From Flavobacteriales bacterium (GTDB taxonomy: Bacteria; Bacteroidota; Bacteroidia; Flavobacteriales_F; PHOS-HE28), in contig JADJLR010000008.1 of assembly GCA_016710015.1 (NCBI GenBank), forward strand, positions 6,891 to 70,890: a DNA stretch of 64,000 nucleotides, given 5' to 3'. Below, one piece after another: positions 27,328 to 36,168 of this stretch. Position 1 is the stretch's first letter. Each line of letters starts with the position of its first letter. Position numbers and translations under genes: made by a program. Under the pieces are notes generated by a model that saw only the letters and a list, made by a program, of their open reading frames with translations, did not search any database and was not told the DNA's origin.

Positions 27328-27632
27328 TCATCTACAACGTCACCGTCAATGTGGATCTCGATGTCCATGACCAATGGCTGCAATGGATGAAGGCCACTCA
27401 CCTTCCCGATGTGATGGCCACTGGCCTTTTCCTGGACCAACGGATGTGCCGGGTGCTGGCGGAGGATGAGGGCGGGCTCACCTATGCTGTGCAATACACC
27501 TGTGCGGATATGGCGGCCTACGAACGCTACCGCGCTGAACACGCGAAACGCTTGCAAGCAGAGACCGAAAAGCAATTCGGAGGCAAGTTCGTGGCCTTCC
27601 GCACACTTCTAGAAGTGATCCATACCAGTTGA
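27324..27632 (+). CDS. DUF4286-family protein
   Basis: MIIYNVTVNVD..VH..WL.WM...H.P.VM.TG.F pattern typical of the small Bacteroidota DUF4286 proteins. ATGA overlap upstream. Confidence 0.7.
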   Translation: MIIYNVTVNVDLDVHDQWLQWMKATHLPDVMATGLFLDQRMCRVLAEDEGGLTYAVQYTCADMAAYERYRAEHAKRLQAETEKQFGGKFVAFRTLLEVIHTS

Positions 27633-28396
27633 TGCAGGTGCGCGCAAAGAAGCACCTCGGTCAACATTTCCTTCGCGAAGACGGCACCGCAGAACGCATC
27701 GTTGAAAGCCTCACCGGCCACGGCGACTACCACCACGTGGTGGAAATAGGTCCAGGCACCGGTGCGCTAACGAAGCACTTGATCCACCGTCCTGACACCC
27801 ACTTGGCGTGTTACGAAGTGGATACTGATTCGGTCCGCTACCTACACGCTCATTACCCCGACCTCGATGTGCGCGAAAGCGACTTCCTGCGCATGGACCC
27901 GGATTCCATCACACCGGGCCCCATCGCAGTGATCGGCAACTTCCCGTACAACATCAGCACGGAGATCGTCTTCAAAGTTCTGGCCCATCGTGATCGCTTT
28001 CCGGAACTCGTGGGCATGTTCCAAAAGGAAGTCGCTGACCGGTTCTGTAGCGGCCCCGGCAACAGAACGTACGGCATCACGAGTGTGATCGCCCAGGTCT
28101 GGTACGATATGGAAGTGCTCTTCATTGTGGAACCGCACCAATTCATTCCACCACCCAAGGTCCGGAGTGCCGTGATCCGCATGCGTCGGAACAGCACCAC
28201 CTCCATACCGGTGGATGAGAAACTCCTTGTCCGCGTCGTGAAGGCGGCGTTCAACCAACGGCGCAAGACCTTGCACAATGCCTTGAAAGGCTTCCCAAAC
28301 CTACCCAACGGGGTTCCTTCGGAGTTCGCCAAGAAGCGCGCGGAGCAACTGACCGTGGAGGATTTCATTGCATTGACCGCGGTATGTTCGGACTAG
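27632..28396 (+). CDS. rsmA: 16S rRNA (adenine1518/1519-N6)-dimethyltransferase
   Basis: KKHLGQHFL, VVEIGPGTGALT, GNFPYNIST, FNQRRKTL motifs. ATG 27632 overlaps the upstream TGA by 1 nt. Confidence 0.9.
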   Translation: MQVRAKKHLGQHFLREDGTAERIVESLTGHGDYHHVVEIGPGTGALTKHLIHRPDTHLACYEVDTDSVRYLHAHYPDLDVRESDFLRMDPDSITPGPIAVIGNFPYNISTEIVFKVLAHRDRFPELVGMFQKEVADRFCSGPGNRTYGITSVIAQVWYDMEVLFIVEPHQFIPPPKVRSAVIRMRRNSTTSIPVDEKLLVRVVKAAFNQRRKTLHNALKGFPNLPNGVPSEFAKKRAEQLTVEDFIALTAVCSD

Positions 28397-28445
28397 TGCA
28401 GCCTGACAGGTCTTCGTAGCTTCGCGCGGCCCAAGGCCCAGGCTC

Positions 28446-29813
28446 ATGTCATTCACCATCACAAAGCCGCTCATCGACACGCTGCGTGCCGATGTGGAGT
28501 TGGGCCGCGACTCGGCCATTCAGGGTGTGCTCACTGATCTGCATCCGGCCGATATCGCCGCCGTGCTGGATCGCTTGCAGTTGGATGAAGCTGTGTACGT
28601 GTACCGCCTGCTCGAAAGCGAGGAAGCCGCCGACGTGCTCCTTGAATTGAACGAGGATCGGCGCGAAGATCTACTGAACTCCCTGACCAGCCGAGAGATC
28701 GCTGAGGATGTATTGGAACACATCGATTCGGATGATGCCGCCGACGTCATGGGCGACCTTTCCGAGGACAAGCAACGCGAGGTGATCGCTTTGCTCGAGG
28801 ACCAAGAGCAGCGGGAAGACATCGAGGAGTTGCTTTCCTACAAGGAGGGTACGGCAGGAGCCCTCATGGCGAAGGAGTTGGTGAGCGTGCGCACCGATTG
28901 GTCCGTAGCACGTGCGATCGTTGAAATGCGGCGTCAAGCCCAAGAGGTGGATCACGTTTACACGGTCTATGTCGTGGACAAGGACGAACGCTTAGCGGGT
29001 ATCCTTCCCTTGAAGGACCTGCTCTTTGGTGCAGAAAGCACCCGCACGTTGATCAAACACTTGATCGAACCCGAAGTCGTTTCCGTGAATACCGATACCG
29101 ATGTGGAGGAAGTGGTGCAACGCATGAAGAAGTACGACGCTGTGGTACTTCCTGTGGTAGACACGAATGGTTTGCTCGTTGGCCGCATCACCTTCGATGA
29201 TGTGATGGATGTGATGACCGAAGAGGCCGAAGAGGATTACCAGTTGGCCAGCGGTATCAGCGAAGATGTGGATGCCACGGACAGCCCGTTGGTTCAACTC
29301 CGTGCGCGTCTTCCTTGGCTGTTGATCGGCATGGTCGGAGGGATCGTTTCCTCGCGCATCATTGCCCAATACGAGGGACAATTGCGCATCGATCCCACCA
29401 TGGCCTTCTTCATGCCACTGATCGCGGCGACGGCCGGGAACGTCGGTGTACAGTCCTCCGCGATCGTGGTGCAGGGACTCGCTTCCGGAAGCATGGGGAA
29501 CTTGGCTCTGCTTCCGCGCATGTGGAAGGAATTGCGCGTTGCCGTGCTCTCCGCCACCGTCTGTGCGGCAGTGATCTTCGGGATCAACCTCGCGCTACAA
29601 CAAAGCCAAGCGTTGACCTACACAGTGAGCATCGCCTTGTTCAGTGTGATCCTGACCGCCGCGATGTTCGGAACTGTGATCCCCTTGCTATTGAACCGCT
29701 TGAAAGTGGATCCCGCTCTGGCCACAGGTCCCTTCGTGACCACGTTGAACGACATCATCGGCCTGCTCACCTACTTCACCGTGGGCCACTTCATGTACGA
29801 CCTCTTCCCCTGA
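28446..29813 (+). CDS. mgtE: Magnesium transporter MgtE
   Basis: N-domain, tandem CBS (VYVVD...LAGILPLKDLL; LPVVD..G.LVGRITFDDV) and a five-helix membrane domain with ATAGNVGVQSS and PFVTTLNDIIGL. Confidence 0.9.
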   Translation: MSFTITKPLIDTLRADVELGRDSAIQGVLTDLHPADIAAVLDRLQLDEAVYVYRLLESEEAADVLLELNEDRREDLLNSLTSREIAEDVLEHIDSDDAADVMGDLSEDKQREVIALLEDQEQREDIEELLSYKEGTAGALMAKELVSVRTDWSVARAIVEMRRQAQEVDHVYTVYVVDKDERLAGILPLKDLLFGAESTRTLIKHLIEPEVVSVNTDTDVEEVVQRMKKYDAVVLPVVDTNGLLVGRITFDDVMDVMTEEAEEDYQLASGISEDVDATDSPLVQLRARLPWLLIGMVGGIVSSRIIAQYEGQLRIDPTMAFFMPLIAATAGNVGVQSSAIVVQGLASGSMGNLALLPRMWKELRVAVLSATVCAAVIFGINLALQQSQALTYTVSIALFSVILTAAMFGTVIPLLLNRLKVDPALATGPFVTTLNDIIGLLTYFTVGHFMYDLFP

Positions 29814-29820
29814 TCCCTGT

Positions 29821-30786
29821 ATGGACGGGATGAAACACATGCGCATTGGCATCGCTGAGATCGTACATCCGGAATTGGCGGCGAAACTGACCCGTGCAGG
29901 TCATACGTGCATCCCATTGCATGCCATGAGCGCACATGACCGGATAGCACAACTGAGCAACTTGGAGGGGATCGTCGTGCGCAGCCGGATCGTGGATGCG
30001 GCGTTCATGGATCAGTGTTCGAACCTACGCTTCGTGGGTCGTGTGGGCGCTGGTATCGAGAATATCGACGCTGCCTATTGCAGAAAGAAAGGGATCCATG
30101 TGCTCAATTCACCGGAAGGCAACCGGGATGGCGTTGGTGAGAGCTGCGTGATGCTGTTGCTCGCCTTGATGAAGCTACTGGTCCCCGCAAACATGGCCGT
30201 GCGGGCCGGACTTTGGCCGCGTGAAGCACTGCGCGGAACGGACCTGCGCGGCAAGACCGTGGGCATCATCGGCTTCGGTCAGATGGGCAGTGCATTCGCC
30301 GAGAAGTTGCGCGGATTCGGCGTACGCGTGCTCGGACACGACAAGTACCGGAGCGGCTTCGCACGGGCGGGCCTGGAGGAATGCGAACTGGATGAAGTGC
30401 TTCGCGAAAGCGACGTGATCAGCTTCCATCTTCCATTGAACGGCGAGACGCGCTACTATGCCAATGCAGCGTTCTTTGCTAGGTTGAAGAAACCCGTCCG
30501 CGTGCTCAACACCTCTCGCGGAGCGGTCCTGAACACGCGCGATCTGCTCGATGCCATCGATACCGGTAAAGTGATCGCCGCCGCGTTGGATGTCCTGGAA
30601 TTCGAACGTCCGGAACTCGATGGGTTGGACCCATCAATGGACCCCGCAACGTATGATCGCCTCATTCACCACGACCGCGTCTTGCTCACACCGCACATCG
30701 CCGGCGTAACACACGAAGGCAAATTCAAAATGGCCGACGTGCTCGCCGATAAGATCCTCCATCTCTTTCCCAATGGCACTACCTGA
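29821..30786 (+). CDS. D-isomer-specific 2-hydroxyacid dehydrogenase family protein
   Basis: GIIGFGQMGSAFA NAD motif, NTSRG, LDVLEFE, TPHIAG catalytic His region. Confidence 0.8.
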   Translation: MDGMKHMRIGIAEIVHPELAAKLTRAGHTCIPLHAMSAHDRIAQLSNLEGIVVRSRIVDAAFMDQCSNLRFVGRVGAGIENIDAAYCRKKGIHVLNSPEGNRDGVGESCVMLLLALMKLLVPANMAVRAGLWPREALRGTDLRGKTVGIIGFGQMGSAFAEKLRGFGVRVLGHDKYRSGFARAGLEECELDEVLRESDVISFHLPLNGETRYYANAAFFARLKKPVRVLNTSRGAVLNTRDLLDAIDTGKVIAAALDVLEFERPELDGLDPSMDPATYDRLIHHDRVLLTPHIAGVTHEGKFKMADVLADKILHLFPNGTT

Positions 30787-31672
30787 ACGCTGCGTGATCG
30801 TTTGCGCCATCACCCTCTCCGCCTGCATGCCCCAGAAGAACCTGCACCCCGATATCCACGGACACCGCGGTTGCCGGGGGCTACTTCCGGAGAATAGCAT
30901 TCCTGCGTTCCTGAAAGCCACGGAGATCGGTTGCGATTATTTGGAAATGGATGTGGTGGTGAGTCAGGATGGGCATCTGGTGATCTCACATGAGCCGTGG
31001 ATGGATCATCGCATCTGCCTCACCCCGGACGATGAGCCCATCAGCAAAGCGAACGAACGCTCCCACAACCTCTACCGTATGTCGGCGTTCGACATTCGCA
31101 AGTATGACTGCGGATCACTCGAACATCCGGATTTTCCGAAGCAGAAGCAGCGTTCAACGTACAAGCCCTTGCTGGCCGATATGGTGGAGCAGGTGGATGA
31201 GCACGCCATGATGAGCAGTGTTGCAATTCCCTCGTTCAACATCGAGATCAAGAGCGATCCGGAACTCTATGGAACATTCCAACCGCAACCACTGGAGTTC
31301 GCGCACATCGTGATCAACACCTTGGACTCCATCGGCATCACCGATCGATGCATGCTGCAATCCTTCGATACGGCCATCCTCGAGGTGATCCACGCCGAAC
31401 GACCTGAGATCCCACTGGCCTACCTCGTGGAAGGACATGGCACGTTGGAAGAGGATCTGGCGAAGCTCTCCTTCCAGCCAAGCATCTACAGCCCGCAATT
31501 CGCGATGGCAGATGATACACTTTTGCAAGCGATCCGCGCTAAAGGCATGGAGCTCGTGGTCTGGACGGTGAATGACCCAGCGGACATCAGGCGGATGTTG
31601 GAACTGGGCGTGGATGGCATCATCAGCGATTACCCGAACCGCGTGATCGCGATCCAGGACGGACTGGAGTGA
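30773..31672 (+). CDS. Glycerophosphodiester phosphodiesterase family lipoprotein
   Basis: Lipobox LSAC. HGHRGCRGLLPENSIPAF...YLEMDV...SHEPW GDPD motifs. VWTVND near the C-terminus. Confidence 0.8.
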   Translation: MALPERCVIVCAITLSACMPQKNLHPDIHGHRGCRGLLPENSIPAFLKATEIGCDYLEMDVVVSQDGHLVISHEPWMDHRICLTPDDEPISKANERSHNLYRMSAFDIRKYDCGSLEHPDFPKQKQRSTYKPLLADMVEQVDEHAMMSSVAIPSFNIEIKSDPELYGTFQPQPLEFAHIVINTLDSIGITDRCMLQSFDTAILEVIHAERPEIPLAYLVEGHGTLEEDLAKLSFQPSIYSPQFAMADDTLLQAIRAKGMELVVWTVNDPADIRRMLELGVDGIISDYPNRVIAIQDGLE

Positions 31673-32698
31673 TCACCCCCGAAGCCGTGCTTCGATCGCT
31701 GCTTCCAACCGATCCAGGTCCGTATTCCATTTCAACTCCTCCGCATGCGCCGCTGGTCGGGTGATCGCAGCACACAACTCGGCAAGTGTTTCGTCCGTCG
31801 CGACCAATTGCGGCTTCAACGTGTGTACTACACGCACCACTTTCTCATGGTCACCGCGTCCGCGCGCTTCACGCAACGTGCTTAACCGCTCTGGGATCCG
31901 CTTCCGGAACATGGCCGTAACGGTCTCATCCACCGGGACCGTGGTTTCTGCAACAACGGGTGGCTCCTCCCATTTCGACTCCCGTTGGATCACTTGCTCC
32001 GGACTTCGCACTCGGTTCGCTGGCACGATCTTCGAAGCAGCGACCTCCGCACGTAACAAAGCCATTTCCGATCGTGCCTTCCGAACAAGACGGCCCGTTC
32101 GCAGCAACAACACTACCACCACTAGGACGGCAACCACCGCGACCAATAGCGCGATGACCATCCAGCGCTTCCTGAGATCCTGCTGACGAGTCGCCGCCTC
32201 CTCAACCTCCAGTTGCCGCAACATGTCTGCCCGAATGGTCGCCCTATGCGCTTCCTTGGCAGCAGCCAACAAACTATCCGTTCGTGCCGCCGAACGTTCT
32301 GCCTCTTTTAGGTAGCGCACATGGTCCAAAGCGATCACTTGCATCGCCTGTACATGTGCCTTGCGATGATCCTTCACCTTCGCATAGGCTTGGGACAAGT
32401 AGGTACGCGTGGCGATCTCGTCCATCAAGCGATCGGTGCTCTGCGCCAGTGCTGCACCTTCCTCCAGGATCCGGATGGCCTCCCGAGGCTTCACCAAGGT
32501 GGACAAATGCAATCGCACGGCGATCGCCATGGGCACGTCTTCCGCAGAGTCGGCCTTGTGCAAAAGCAGCCGTTGCTCGGCCGCAGCACGCTGCAAGCTG
32601 TCCGTTGCTTGTCGAGTGGATCGACCTATTGCTGCGAACGGGATCAGCAATACGCAAAGGACCGGAACGATCGAACGTAGGTGTATGCGCTGGAACAT
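31673..32698 (-). CDS. Membrane-anchored protein with helical ectodomain and C-terminal HPt-like domain
   Basis: Signal/anchor MFQRIHLRSIVPVLCVLLIPFAAIG, a central TM helix WMVIALLVAVVAVLVVVVLLL, and a C-terminal F..RIPERLSTLREARGRGDHEKVVRVVHTLKPQL...LAELC resembling histidine phosphotransfer domains (HxLK). Confidence 0.55.
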   Translation of the reverse strand: MFQRIHLRSIVPVLCVLLIPFAAIGRSTRQATDSLQRAAAEQRLLLHKADSAEDVPMAIAVRLHLSTLVKPREAIRILEEGAALAQSTDRLMDEIATRTYLSQAYAKVKDHRKAHVQAMQVIALDHVRYLKEAERSAARTDSLLAAAKEAHRATIRADMLRQLEVEEAATRQQDLRKRWMVIALLVAVVAVLVVVVLLLRTGRLVRKARSEMALLRAEVAASKIVPANRVRSPEQVIQRESKWEEPPVVAETTVPVDETVTAMFRKRIPERLSTLREARGRGDHEKVVRVVHTLKPQLVATDETLAELCAAITRPAAHAEELKWNTDLDRLEAAIEARLRG

Positions 32699-32710
32699 CG
32701 TGATGTGCGT

Positions 32711-33964
32711 TCAATGAACAACGAAACGTGCTGTGCTTCTGCTGCGCTGCTCCACAAGCACTTCCCTATTGGCGGTGAGCCGTACGAGCGTTGCTTCATC
32801 ATAATGCCGAACCGTGATCAGTTCGCAGCTCTCGTTGTACCGCACTTCGTACGCCTGGCCCAGCGCGTCGATCAGCTCCCGACTGCGCGGCGAATCATCT
32901 ACTACCACGCTGAAGGCCACGGCACTGTTCTGCATCAGATCGATACGAACGTTCCGCTTCGCGAAGAGCTTGAAGATGTCGCTCAGGTTTTCCTCGACGA
33001 TGAAGCTGAGATCACGTGGAGTGATGCTGATGAGCAATTGTTTGGATTTGATGATGAACGACGGGATCAAGGAGTCGTTCTCGCTATGCGCATCGATCAC
33101 GCTGCCCGGTGCCGCCATGTCCTTGAAGGACCGAACGTACAACGGGATCTGCTTCTTCTGTAGCGGTTGCAAGGTGCGTGGATGGATCACGCTGGCTCCG
33201 AAATAACTCAACTCGATCGCTTCGCGGTAGCTGATGTGGCCGAGCAACTTGGTGTCTGGAAAACGATTCGGGTCGGCGTTGAACATGCCGGGCACATCCT
33301 TCCAGATCGTAACGCTCTCGGCATCCAAGAGGTACGCGAAAATGGCCGCAGAGAAGTCCGAACCTTCGCGGCCAAGTGTCGTCGTTGTGCCCTCCGATGA
33401 AGCACCGATGAAGCCCTGCGTTACGATACGCTTCGGTGTGCCTTCCACTTCCGAAAGCAGCGTCGATGCACGGCGCTCGGAGGTGGACCAATCGACCCCT
33501 GCGCGGCGGTATTGTTCATCGGTACGAATGATGGTGCGGGCATCCACCCATGCATTCCCAATGCCCATCGCTTTCAGGTGAGCACTCACGATCAACGTGC
33601 TCCATACCTCGCCAAAGGCGACAATGCCGTCGTAGTCACGATCCACGTTGCCCACTGTTGGCTTCTCCAAGAGCGTGCGAAGGCTGTCGAAGTTCAATAC
33701 CAGTTCCGCCGCCGCTGCGATATCCTCAGGTGCCACCTCTGCCAGTACCGCAAGGTGATCTCGACGCAGCGCTTCGAACATGGCCTTGGTGTCCCTGCCA
33801 TCACAGTAGGACCACACGATGGCTTCCAAGGCATTGGTGGTCTTCCCCATCGCGCTTACGATGATCACCAGATCGTCCAAGGCGTAAGGCTTCACCACAC
33901 GGGCGAGGTTGCGTACGCCTTCCGCATCCCGCACACTCGCACCACCGAACTTGAACACTTTCAT
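32711..33964 (-). CDS. lysC: Aspartate kinase
   Basis: MKVFKFGGASV, VVSAMGKTTNAL, LGREGSDFSAA, C-terminal ACT repeats. The ATG overlaps the GNAT stop (ATGA). Confidence 0.9.
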   Translation of the reverse strand: MKVFKFGGASVRDAEGVRNLARVVKPYALDDLVIIVSAMGKTTNALEAIVWSYCDGRDTKAMFEALRRDHLAVLAEVAPEDIAAAAELVLNFDSLRTLLEKPTVGNVDRDYDGIVAFGEVWSTLIVSAHLKAMGIGNAWVDARTIIRTDEQYRRAGVDWSTSERRASTLLSEVEGTPKRIVTQGFIGASSEGTTTTLGREGSDFSAAIFAYLLDAESVTIWKDVPGMFNADPNRFPDTKLLGHISYREAIELSYFGASVIHPRTLQPLQKKQIPLYVRSFKDMAAPGSVIDAHSENDSLIPSFIIKSKQLLISITPRDLSFIVEENLSDIFKLFAKRNVRIDLMQNSAVAFSVVVDDSPRSRELIDALGQAYEVRYNESCELITVRHYDEATLVRLTANREVLVEQRSRSTARFVVH

Positions 33965-34437
33965 TGCGTTGCGATCTTCTTCAGTTCTTCCAATTCGAGC
34001 GAACCATTCACCCATTGGGGATCCAATGCCGAACCAAACCGTTCATAGAAACGAATAGCATCCGTATTCCAATCCAACACTTGCCAGAGCATGCCTGCGT
34101 AGTCCTTCTCCACAGCGTATTCCGCACATGCCCGAAAAAGTTTCTCCCCGATCCGTTGACCGCGTGCATTCTCCGTGACCACGATGTCCTCGAGGTACAA
34201 GCGACGGCCCTTCCACGTGCTGTATCGCTCGTAGCAGATGGCCAAGCCGACGGTTTCCTTCTCGTTCTCCGCCACCCATCCCACCCAAACCGGATCAGGC
34301 CCGAAGCCTGCATCCTGCATGTGTTCCAACGTTACCGTGACAGCTTCAGGTTCTTTTTCGAAGACGGCCAATTCCCGCACCAACTCCAGCATTCGCGGCA
34401 CATCAGCGGGTTCGGCCCTGCGTATCCTCACATTCAT
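33961..34437 (-). CDS. GNAT family N-acetyltransferase (diamine acetyltransferase-like)
   Basis: IRRAEPADVP...LYLEDIVV..ARGQRIGEKLF...WN..AIRFYE motif A/B pattern. Confidence 0.8.
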   Translation of the reverse strand: MNVRIRRAEPADVPRMLELVRELAVFEKEPEAVTVTLEHMQDAGFGPDPVWVGWVAENEKETVGLAICYERYSTWKGRRLYLEDIVVTENARGQRIGEKLFRACAEYAVEKDYAGMLWQVLDWNTDAIRFYERFGSALDPQWVNGSLELEELKKIATQ

Positions 34438-34532
34438 GGTGCCCAAAGATCGCTTACATCGGATATTTGCAACGAAGTAACTGACGGCAGGGTCATTTTC
34501 TGATCAACTGACGTCCCGTTCACTGATCCGAA

Positions 34533-35495
34533 ATGGCCAACATCAAGACCCTCGCTGAGTTCATCACTGAACGTCAACACGAATTCACCTACGCTACCGG
34601 CGAATTGACACAGTTGCTCACCAGCTTCCGCTTGGCGGGCAAAATGGTGAACCGCGAAGTGAACAAAGCAGGGCTGGCTGAAGACATCCTTGGCGCGCAA
34701 GGCACCGAGAACGTACAGGGCGAACAGCAACAGAAATTGGACGTGTACGCCAACGACCTGTTCATTCGCCTATTACGGAGCCAAGGTGAAGTATGCGCGG
34801 TGGCGAGTGAAGAGAACGAGGAGATCGTCCATTTCGACAACGGTGGGAAATATGTGGTAACCATGGATCCGCTGGACGGCAGCAGCAACATCGATGTGAA
34901 TGTGAGCATCGGGACGATCTTCAGCATCTACCGGCGGATCAGTGAAGGGCAGACGGCGACGATGGAGGATTTCATGCAGCCAGGCAACAAGCAAGTGGCA
35001 GCCGGCTATATCATCTACGGAAGTAGTACCATGCTTGTGTACACCACGGGCCACGGTGTGAATGGCTTCACATTGGACCCGAGCATCGGCACCTTTTGCT
35101 TGAGCCACCCGAACATGACCACGCCCGAAGAAGGCAGGATCTACTCAGTGAACGAGGGGAACTACTACGACTTCAGCGATGGCGTACGCAACTACATCGA
35201 CGACTGCAAGAAGCAGAAGATGAGCGGTCGCTATATCGGCAGTCTCGTGGCGGACTTCCACCGCAATTTGTTGAAAGGCGGGATCTACATGTATCCTGCG
35301 ACAAAGAAGGATCCGAAAGGAAAACTGCGACTGCTGTACGAGGCCAATACGCTTGCTATGATCGTGGAACAAGCAGGCGGCATAGCGACCGATGGTAAGA
35401 CGCGCATTTTGGACCTGAAGCCAACGGAATTGCACCAACGTTGCCCGCTGTATATCGGCAGCAAGGGGATGGTGGAGAAGGCAATGAAGGGTTGA
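34533..35495 (+). CDS. fbp: Class 1 fructose-1,6-bisphosphatase
   Basis: [50 protein letters not shown] motifs. Confidence 0.95.
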   Translation: MANIKTLAEFITERQHEFTYATGELTQLLTSFRLAGKMVNREVNKAGLAEDILGAQGTENVQGEQQQKLDVYANDLFIRLLRSQGEVCAVASEENEEIVHFDNGGKYVVTMDPLDGSSNIDVNVSIGTIFSIYRRISEGQTATMEDFMQPGNKQVAAGYIIYGSSTMLVYTTGHGVNGFTLDPSIGTFCLSHPNMTTPEEGRIYSVNEGNYYDFSDGVRNYIDDCKKQKMSGRYIGSLVADFHRNLLKGGIYMYPATKKDPKGKLRLLYEANTLAMIVEQAGGIATDGKTRILDLKPTELHQRCPLYIGSKGMVEKAMKG

Positions 35496-35676
35496 ACAAG
35501 GGCCCTATGGCTTGATCGGCGAATGGGTATTGCCTCATACCCACCAACGATTCGTGGCATGTACACCACTGTTGCGCCATGTCATGATCGCAAGGTCTCT
35601 GGAATGCAGCACTGCATCGTTGTCGCTTTGGATCATCCTAGCCACGGAATATAACTTCGTTCCATACCGAATACCC

Positions 35677-36075
35677 ATGCCACGGATCCCTATTCCAATT
35701 CCGGACATCCCGAAGACCAAGTCACACTTGGATCGTTGGTTCCGCAAACACGGCTTCATCGAGGCCCATTTCGAGCGAGGAACACTACGCGTTTCCACGG
35801 ACCGGATGGGGGAGATCATCGTGTTCAAACTCAACATTCGCGCGGGATACGAAACACATTACAAGGTGACTACCGGAGGTGCACTCATCGTCTTCGAGAC
35901 GCGTATCGATACCAGTGTTGTGGACTACGATGGATACTGTCCGCTGCTCTTGTTCGGGATCTGGAACAGGAAACTGGCTTTCAAGGAGAACGCAGGTGTG
36001 ATGTTCAAGTATCGTGCAGAAGGGTACGATCTAGAGCGTGAATTCCTCGGCTTTGCGCAAGAACTTGGGCGCTGA
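35677..36075 (+). CDS. Hypothetical small protein
   Basis: Open frame from ATG 35677 (MPRIPIPIPDIPKTK...). No recognisable motif; the upstream part of the tracked ORF looks non-coding. Confidence 0.35.
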   Translation: MPRIPIPIPDIPKTKSHLDRWFRKHGFIEAHFERGTLRVSTDRMGEIIVFKLNIRAGYETHYKVTTGGALIVFETRIDTSVVDYDGYCPLLLFGIWNRKLAFKENAGVMFKYRAEGYDLEREFLGFAQELGR

Positions 36076-36154
36076 CCAACGACAAGTGTTGTTCTCGGCT
36101 GCTTCCGAGGGTCCGGGTGAACAAATGCACGCGTGTCGTGTACCGCTGACCAAC

Positions 36155-36162
36155 GACCTTTG
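36155..36162 (+). promoter_or_regulatory. -7 box variant GACCTTTG
   Basis: TTTG core 6 nt before ATG 36169. Confidence 0.3.
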
Positions 36163-36168
36163 CTCCAC

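Noticed and set aside
28397-28445. Possible Mg2+ (M-box) riboswitch upstream of mgtE
   Set aside because: The spacer is only 49 nt, far shorter than an M-box aptamer.
34800-34815. GGTGGCGAGTGAAGAG inside fbp, resembling the AGTGGCGAGTGACGAG repeat arm at 21696
   Set aside because: It lies in-frame within a conserved fbp segment (VASEENEE). There is a single copy with no partner arm, so it is most likely chance similarity.
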